The translations under genes were made by a program, and so were the position numbers. Positions 58,184-64,000 of a stretch of DNA of 64,000 bases are shown here, piece after piece. How positions within the stretch are numbered: the first letter of the stretch is position 1; each line of letters begins with the position of its first letter. Source of the stretch: Minisyncoccota bacterium. Its GTDB lineage: Bacteria > Patescibacteriota > Minisyncoccia > Phycocordibacterales > UBA2100. The stretch lies in the NCBI GenBank assembly GCA_022842645.1, contig JALHPE010000001.1, positions 199,711 to 263,710 of the forward strand, in the 5' to 3' direction. The notes beneath the pieces were generated by a model that was not told the origin of the DNA, did no database searches, and was given only the letters and a program-made list of their open reading frames with translations.

Positions 58184-59020
58184 CTATATCTCCTGGAACT
58201 GCGGAATAATGGTGACTAACGCTTGGTCTGTCACGTTTTGTCCGTTGAATGCGGTACAGCTGAGCGTATAGGTGGTCTGCGCATTAATGATGCCTGAGGT
58301 CTTTTCTCCGGAAGTACCTTCCCATGAGTCCCCGTTGCTTCCAGTAACGGTACACGCGGTTACTTCTCGCCCCTGCCATTTAATGACCGTTGTTCCACCA
58401 CTTCGCACCAGAGCCGGCTTTGCATAGATGTTCGCGGCAATCATGCTAATCCGAAACTGAGTCAGTTGATCAAGACTGGAAGTTTGTACTGATGTATTTT
58501 CCAGTGCTGCAATGTCACTGTTCAGTGACGTGACTTCTACCGTAGGATTAGCGCATGCCGCGCCCGCATTGTATGTCGTGCGCGTTTCTTCAATCTGACA
58601 CGCCGAAGATTCAGTGATAATCTTGCCCTCTTTATACCCACTCGCACCACCCCCACCTCCAGATTGTACTTGTGAGTACCCAGCCTCACATGCTGTGCGA
58701 CGATTGAGATATTGCAAAATATGACTTGTGGTACGAGTACCCGTGTAGATTCGCTTCTCCACCTGTGTAGGTGCGCATGCCGTTGCGTTAGTAGAAGACG
58801 ATACCGTTTGCCACGCACCCCAACTGCCATTAGTACAATCGCCGTTCACCTCGATGATGTCCGTACAAATATAATCTGCATTCGCCCCCGCATTGCGCAC
58901 AATGAGAAACGAGGCGGCAATCGAAGCAAGTGCGATAATAATTGCACCCCATAGATAGAGCTTGCCGTGATGGGAAACGTCAGGTGCCTGAGAATGCATT
59001 TGTATATCTTCCATAGTCAA
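58184..59020 (-). CDS. Secreted hypothetical protein
   Basis: 278 aa, N-terminal TM/signal. No motif. Confidence 0.35.
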   Translation of the reverse strand: MTMEDIQMHSQAPDVSHHGKLYLWGAIIIALASIAASFLIVRNAGANADYICTDIIEVNGDCTNGSWGAWQTVSSSTNATACAPTQVEKRIYTGTRTTSHILQYLNRRTACEAGYSQVQSGGGGGASGYKEGKIITESSACQIEETRTTYNAGAACANPTVEVTSLNSDIAALENTSVQTSSLDQLTQFRISMIAANIYAKPALVRSGGTTVIKWQGREVTACTVTGSNGDSWEGTSGEKTSGIINAQTTYTLSCTAFNGQNVTDQALVTIIPQFQEI

Positions 59021-59036
59021 TTATATAAATGAATAA

Positions 59037-60590
59037 CTAATCATCACGCAGTGTGTAAAAAATGGTTTTGATTGTCCCCTGCGTATCGAGCACACTCACA
59101 CCTATGTTGTCCCACACCCCTCGCTTCCTATCAAACACCCAGAAGGCCGGAAAGCGCAAGAGGTTGTTGTTGATAAGAAATTCACGATCAATCGGATAGC
59201 CGCCCCCACGCGACGCTTCAACAAGAAATTGCATGTCCGCATCAGTGAGTGGTTCGTAGATTTGATCTTGATTTGCGCGCAGCGCTTCCATGTCAGCAAT
59301 CCGATAGGTCAGCATCATAGGAGCGCTCTCACGCACATGCAATTCAACACCGTCCTGTGTAAAAAACTGAATATAGGGCATACCAAATGTCTTCATAAGA
59401 TCTCCGGCGAATCCCATGACATCATCAAACGTATCAATTTGCATTAAACTCTCGGGCGGATTACCTTTCGTAAATTCATATAGGTATATATCAATCGGAC
59501 CATCGTACGGTTTTCCATCTGCATCAACAATCGCGCCCTCAGGAATCTCATAGATACTGTTCGATGTGGTGATGACGACGCCTGCCTCGGTGAAGCGATT
59601 TCCGCTACCCGTTACTGTTCGATCATCAAAATCGATACTCACAATGGTAATCGGACTTTCAAGTGCAATATCCCCAATACTCACTGTTTTGACACCCGTA
59701 GCAAGAAGAATTGCGTCCGCATAACCGTCTGAATAATTCCGTTTCGAGGCTCGAACTCGTAGCTTTTCCATTTGCATAGCCCCCGTAGGAATTGAGTAGA
59801 TACCGTCTTTGTTGGAAAGAACAGGTTGCACACCTGCACGACTCACAATTTCCACTGTTGCCCCAGCAATCGGAAGACCATTCGTATCAACGACCCGCCC
59901 CGTTGCAGTAATTTCAGACGCATTCTCGCACCTCACCCTGAAGCGCGTACAATTTTCCTGATTCAAACGATCGCGTTTCGCATAATTTCCTTCAAGTTCG
60001 TACAGATAGCTGAGTTCAAAAAGTTCTTCTGAAGAAGCTCTTCCTGCGCGCATCTTCTCAAGGAGCACATTTTTCATGTCGAGCGTGGTGAGTCCGGTTG
60101 AGCCAAAAGCGTAAATTGCGTTATGAAACTGAAGCTCTTCTGGCAATTCAACATCTGAGACAGTGCGCATAAGGTTTCTTTGTGTAACACGAGACTTGCC
60201 TACCACTTCGGCAAGCTGACGAAGTTCGTCGTCTGAGATACCAGCACGAGCAAGTGCGTCCGGGTCAAAGTAGAGCACGTGTTCGTTCCCCTCTGCGTCA
60301 GTATAGGTGTACCAAAAACCATTTACGATGGTTGTTTTATCAATGCCCACATCAGTAAACGCATTGGTGAATCGCTCGCGCTCACGAGCGATTGATTCTA
60401 ATTCGACTCGCGCCGCCTGATTTATTTGAATAATGTTCGCATAACGAACAGCACCAATCACAAAGCCCGCGGAGAGTATGAGGAGTGCGAAGATAAGAAA
60501 CGGCCGCAGCGTCTGACGCGGCGTCTGACGCGGCGCCATACGATCGCGCATATACTCAGGAACAGCTTCTGGTTCAATCTGAGGATCCAT
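59037..60590 (-). CDS. Membrane-anchored hypothetical protein with carboxypeptidase-regulatory-like beta-sandwich segment
   Basis: N-terminal TM. ...ITATGRVVDTNGLPIAGATVEIV is CarboxypepD_reg-like. Confidence 0.4.
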   Translation of the reverse strand: MDPQIEPEAVPEYMRDRMAPRQTPRQTLRPFLIFALLILSAGFVIGAVRYANIIQINQAARVELESIARERERFTNAFTDVGIDKTTIVNGFWYTYTDAEGNEHVLYFDPDALARAGISDDELRQLAEVVGKSRVTQRNLMRTVSDVELPEELQFHNAIYAFGSTGLTTLDMKNVLLEKMRAGRASSEELFELSYLYELEGNYAKRDRLNQENCTRFRVRCENASEITATGRVVDTNGLPIAGATVEIVSRAGVQPVLSNKDGIYSIPTGAMQMEKLRVRASKRNYSDGYADAILLATGVKTVSIGDIALESPITIVSIDFDDRTVTGSGNRFTEAGVVITTSNSIYEIPEGAIVDADGKPYDGPIDIYLYEFTKGNPPESLMQIDTFDDVMGFAGDLMKTFGMPYIQFFTQDGVELHVRESAPMMLTYRIADMEALRANQDQIYEPLTDADMQFLVEASRGGGYPIDREFLINNNLLRFPAFWVFDRKRGVWDNIGVSVLDTQGTIKTIFYTLRDD

Positions 60591-60645
60591 CGAACCTCAT
60601 ACTAACATGTACTACTGCGCACGATTTCATGCGCATGCCGCAAAA

Positions 60646-62787
60646 TTATTTACGCGATGCAATTACCTCATCTGCCACGTTGCGCGGAACGACAGCGTAG
60701 TGTGAGAACTCAAGGTTTGGTACTGCGCGACCTTCGGTGAGGGAGCGGAGTTGTGTAGTGTAACCGAAGAGTTCTGAAAGCGGTACTTTTGCGACGACAA
60801 CACGTGCCTGACCACGTTCACCCATTGATTCAATGAGACCACGCTTTGCGTTGATGGAGCCTGTCACGTCGCCCAAGAATTTCTCTGGCGTAACAACCTC
60901 AAGCTTCATGACTGGCTCGAGAAGAACCGGCTTCGCCTGCTTCATCGCTTCCTGCATCGCGTTTATTGCGGCGAGCTTGAAGGCGATTTCTGAGGAGTCC
61001 ACATCGTGCGCGGAGCCGTCGTAAAGGTCGACGGAAATATCAACAACTGGGAATCCAGCGAGAACCCCACGATCCATTGCCTCCTTGAGACCCTTTTTGA
61101 TTGGGGAAATAAATTCTGCTGGGATAACGCCTCCTTTGATGTTGTTCACGAATTCAAAGTGGTCTTCACGGTCAACATTGTTCTTCACCTTTTCACCCTC
61201 TACAACTGGCTCGAGTGGCTTCATGCGAATCTTCACGTGACCATACTGACCGCGACCACCCGTCTGCTTGATGTGCTTGTATTCAACATCCGCGGTGCCC
61301 TGAATCGTTTCGCGGAAGGCAACCTGCGGCTTCCCTGTCGTTGCTTCCACCCCGAACTCGCGCTTCATGCGATCGACGAGAATTTCGAGGTGAAGCTCAC
61401 CCATCCCGGAGATAATGGTCTCACCCGTTTCTTCATCGGATTTAACGCGGAACGTTGGATCTTCGTCGGAAAGACGCGAAAGTGCGATACCGAGCTTCTC
61501 CTGATCAGCCTTTGTCTTTGGCTCGACGCGCATGGAAATAACAGGTGTTGGGAAGACAATGGATTCAAGCGCGATCGGGTGATCGCCGTCGCAAACGGTG
61601 TTACCAATCTTCACCTCCTTCATGCCAACGAATGCAGCGATTTCTCCTGCAAAGACTTCCTCCACTTCCTCGCGCTTGTCTGCCTGGAGGCGGACGATGC
61701 GTCCCACACGCTCCTTCTTATTGTTCGCTGAGTTGTAGACAGTGTCACCCGCTTTGACTGAGCCGGAATAGACGCGGAAGAAGGTGAGAGCACCCACGAA
61801 CGGATCGACTTGGAGTTTGAAGACGAGCGCTGCAAATGGACCATCATCTTTTGCGGGACGAGTTTCCTCTGCGCCGGTGTCAGTATTGATGCCCGTTGCC
61901 GCTGGAAGGTCGAGTGGCGACGGAAGGTAGTCGACAACCGCATCGAGGACGAGTTGCACACCCTTGTTCTTGAGCGAGGAACCCGTGAGAACTGGGAAGA
62001 TTTCATTCTTGATAACCGCCTTGCGAAGATTTGCCTTCAACACATCAAGTGGAATCTCCTTCCCTTCGAGGTAGTCGTTCATGAGCTTCTCATCGTTTTC
62101 CACGATACGCTCGACGAGTTCGGCATGGTACTTCTTTGCGTCTTCCATCATCTCTGCTGGAATGTCATAGGCAATAACCTCCTTACCCATTTCGCCTTCA
62201 AACTTGTAGGCTTTCATCGAGAGAAGATCGACAACGCCGTTGAAGTCTCCTTCTGCGCCGATTGGAATCTGGAGACGAACTGCCTTTGTGGAAAGTCGCT
62301 CGAGGATGGAAGCGTATGACTTCTCAAAGCTTGCACCGGTGCGGTCGAGCTTGTTGATATAGCAAATGCGGGGCACTTCCGCTTCTTCAGCGTATCTCCA
62401 GTTGGTTTCAGACTGTGGCTCCACACCAGCAACGCCGTCGAAGACGACGACTGCGCCGTCGAGAACGCGCATCGAACGCTTCACTTCCGATGTGAAGTCG
62501 ATATGTCCTGGAGTGTCGATAACGTTAAAGCGTACTTTCTGGGAGATGTCGGTACCCATGTAGGTTGGGTTCCAGAAACAAGTAATAGCGGCGGCGGTGA
62601 TGGTGATGCCACGCTCGCGCTCCTGTTCCATCCAGTCGGTCACCGTTGCACCGTCGTGCACTTCACCGATTTTGTGGCTCATTCCGGTATAGAAAAGGAT
62701 ACGCTCAGACGTGGTGGTCTTCCCAGCGTCCACGTGGGCGACGATACCGAAGTTGCGGACTTTTTCGAGAGGATAATCGCGGCTCAT
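60646..62787 (-). CDS. fusA: Elongation factor G
   Basis: 713 aa. [21 protein letters not shown] and domains II-V. Confidence 0.95.
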   Translation of the reverse strand: MSRDYPLEKVRNFGIVAHVDAGKTTTSERILFYTGMSHKIGEVHDGATVTDWMEQERERGITITAAAITCFWNPTYMGTDISQKVRFNVIDTPGHIDFTSEVKRSMRVLDGAVVVFDGVAGVEPQSETNWRYAEEAEVPRICYINKLDRTGASFEKSYASILERLSTKAVRLQIPIGAEGDFNGVVDLLSMKAYKFEGEMGKEVIAYDIPAEMMEDAKKYHAELVERIVENDEKLMNDYLEGKEIPLDVLKANLRKAVIKNEIFPVLTGSSLKNKGVQLVLDAVVDYLPSPLDLPAATGINTDTGAEETRPAKDDGPFAALVFKLQVDPFVGALTFFRVYSGSVKAGDTVYNSANNKKERVGRIVRLQADKREEVEEVFAGEIAAFVGMKEVKIGNTVCDGDHPIALESIVFPTPVISMRVEPKTKADQEKLGIALSRLSDEDPTFRVKSDEETGETIISGMGELHLEILVDRMKREFGVEATTGKPQVAFRETIQGTADVEYKHIKQTGGRGQYGHVKIRMKPLEPVVEGEKVKNNVDREDHFEFVNNIKGGVIPAEFISPIKKGLKEAMDRGVLAGFPVVDISVDLYDGSAHDVDSSEIAFKLAAINAMQEAMKQAKPVLLEPVMKLEVVTPEKFLGDVTGSINAKRGLIESMGERGQARVVVAKVPLSELFGYTTQLRSLTEGRAVPNLEFSHYAVVPRNVADEVIASRK

Positions 62788-62788
62788 A

Positions 62789-62823
62789 CTAGGTTATAGG
62801 TGTCAGGTGTTAGGTTCTAGGGG
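62789..62823. repeat. Heptad-repeat array family A (CCTAGAA CCTAACA CCTGACA CCTATAA CCTAGT) directly upstream of fusA ATG
   Basis: Minus strand reads cccctagaacctaacacctgacacctataacctagt|ATG. Confidence 0.6.
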
Positions 62824-62889
62824 AAACAAATAAAAACCGCCTGAGGCGTAGGCACAATATAGTGTAAATTTGCGAAATTGCAAACACGA

Positions 62890-64000
62890 TCACACTCGAA
62901 TCTTACCCGCACGTATCACGAGTTCGTAGCGCGCTTTTAGTTCATCAATGCTGTGAAGAAAGGTGACGGGGCCGATAACGTCATAGGCACGCCGAAGCGT
63001 ATCGCGCTCACGCTTCTTTGCGTACACAATCGCGATATCAATACCCTTCTCGCGTACTTCCTTCCAAAATGCGCCGAGGTCTTCAATCCCAGAGAGGTCG
63101 ATATCGTTCACACCTGCAAAACTCATCACGAAGAGCTTCGCCGTGCCGCAGTCTGCTTCATGGCGCGCGAGTATCGCGCGCATGCCGTTCACAATATGCT
63201 CGCTATTGGCATAGAGAATCGAACTCTCTATACGAACCATAAGAAGCCCCGGAAGAGTCTCGACAGAGTCTCGCACGCCGACGGGATGCAACGTGTTGCT
63301 GAGCTCACGATCAAATCCAACCTCCTGCACTTTCGCAAACATAATGCCATGGATGAGGAATATGAGCGCGATGAAAATACCCACAATCACCGCAACATCC
63401 GGCTTAAAGATAAATGCGAGCACGAAAGTGATAGCTGCAGTAGAACCGCCAGAGAGCGAGAGCGCGAATGCTTTTCGCATCTCCCCAAAATTAATCATTG
63501 GAACAACCGCAGCGATTACAATTGCCGCAAGAATTACTTTAGGAAGAAGCGAGAGGAGTGGTGCAAGAAAAAGAATACTCGCAAGAATCGCAAGTGACAC
63601 AATAATAATGGAAAGTGCTGTTTTTGCTCCCGCACTGATATTCACTGCACTTGCTGAGAATGATCCCGAAACAGGAAATCCACCGGCAACTCCCGCCGCA
63701 ATATTCGCAAGCCCCTGCCCCGTCAGTTCGCGGTCAGCATCAAGACGTTCGCGCGTTTTCTGTGCAAACGACTTGCCAATCGCAAACGTTTCCATAAACC
63801 CCACGAGTGCAATCACCACAGCGGAGCTAAGGAGTGTTGCAAGGGTAGTAAATGAAAGATCGGGAAAACCAAGCACCGGTAAGCGCGATGGGATCTCTTC
63901 CATGAGTGCAATACCGCTTTCGGGAAGCGCAAAAAACGCACTTGCCGCTATACCTGCTATGAGCGCGCACAGTGCTGCCGGAAATGTGGGCACGAGACGG
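62890..64000 (-). CDS. SulP-family anion permease with C-terminal STAS domain (N-terminus beyond window)
   Basis: Multiple TM helices. C-terminal STAS segment ...FVMSFAGVNDIDLSGIEDLGAFWKEV... Confidence 0.65.
   Translation of the reverse strand, partial: RLVPTFPAALCALIAGIAASAFFALPESGIALMEEIPSRLPVLGFPDLSFTTLATLLSSAVVIALVGFMETFAIGKSFAQKTRERLDADRELTGQGLANIAAGVAGGFPVSGSFSASAVNISAGAKTALSIIIVSLAILASILFLAPLLSLLPKVILAAIVIAAVVPMINFGEMRKAFALSLSGGSTAAITFVLAFIFKPDVAVIVGIFIALIFLIHGIMFAKVQEVGFDRELSNTLHPVGVRDSVETLPGLLMVRIESSILYANSEHIVNGMRAILARHEADCGTAKLFVMSFAGVNDIDLSGIEDLGAFWKEVREKGIDIAIVYAKKRERDTLRRAYDVIGPVTFLHSIDELKARYELVIRAGKIRV

Overview
The window is a 64-kb, moderately GC-rich bacterial chromosome segment, almost entirely coding and mostly on the minus strand. 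The conserved core resembles a Candidate Phyla Radiation (Patescibacteria)-type streamlined genome: fusA ... tuf ... S10/spc ribosomal-protein cluster (rpsJ to rplO) - secY - gmk - adk - map. It also carries infC-rpmI-rplT, ligA-gatC-gatA, and a type IV pilus locus (pilT, pilC, two major pilins, prepilin peptidase, four pseudopilins). Several unusual insertions interrupt the conserved backbone. (1) A 14.5-kb island of secreted/cell-surface protein genes sits between fusA and tuf; three beta-propeller proteins in it share a near-identical N-terminal module, there is a stand-alone peptidase-S74 chaperone-domain protein, and one gene shows a cassette-insertion signature. (2) A relB/dinJ-relE/yafQ toxin-antitoxin pair is inserted antisense between rpsZ and rplE, flanked by terminators. 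(3) An extra ORF plus a terminator hairpin lies between rpsJ and rplC. (4) An AT-rich hypothetical gene precedes a 928-aa HerA/VirD4-like ATPase. A genome-wide oddity is that short tandem arrays of 7-bp-periodic repeats sit immediately upstream of many start codons and are even embedded in pseudopilin leader-peptide coding sequence. Four families were seen: CCTANNA, TACANNC, CAAGTAT and GTATNNN. No rRNA genes, CRISPR arrays or transposases were seen. One 700-bp noncoding stretch with a tRNA-like T-arm remains unexplained.
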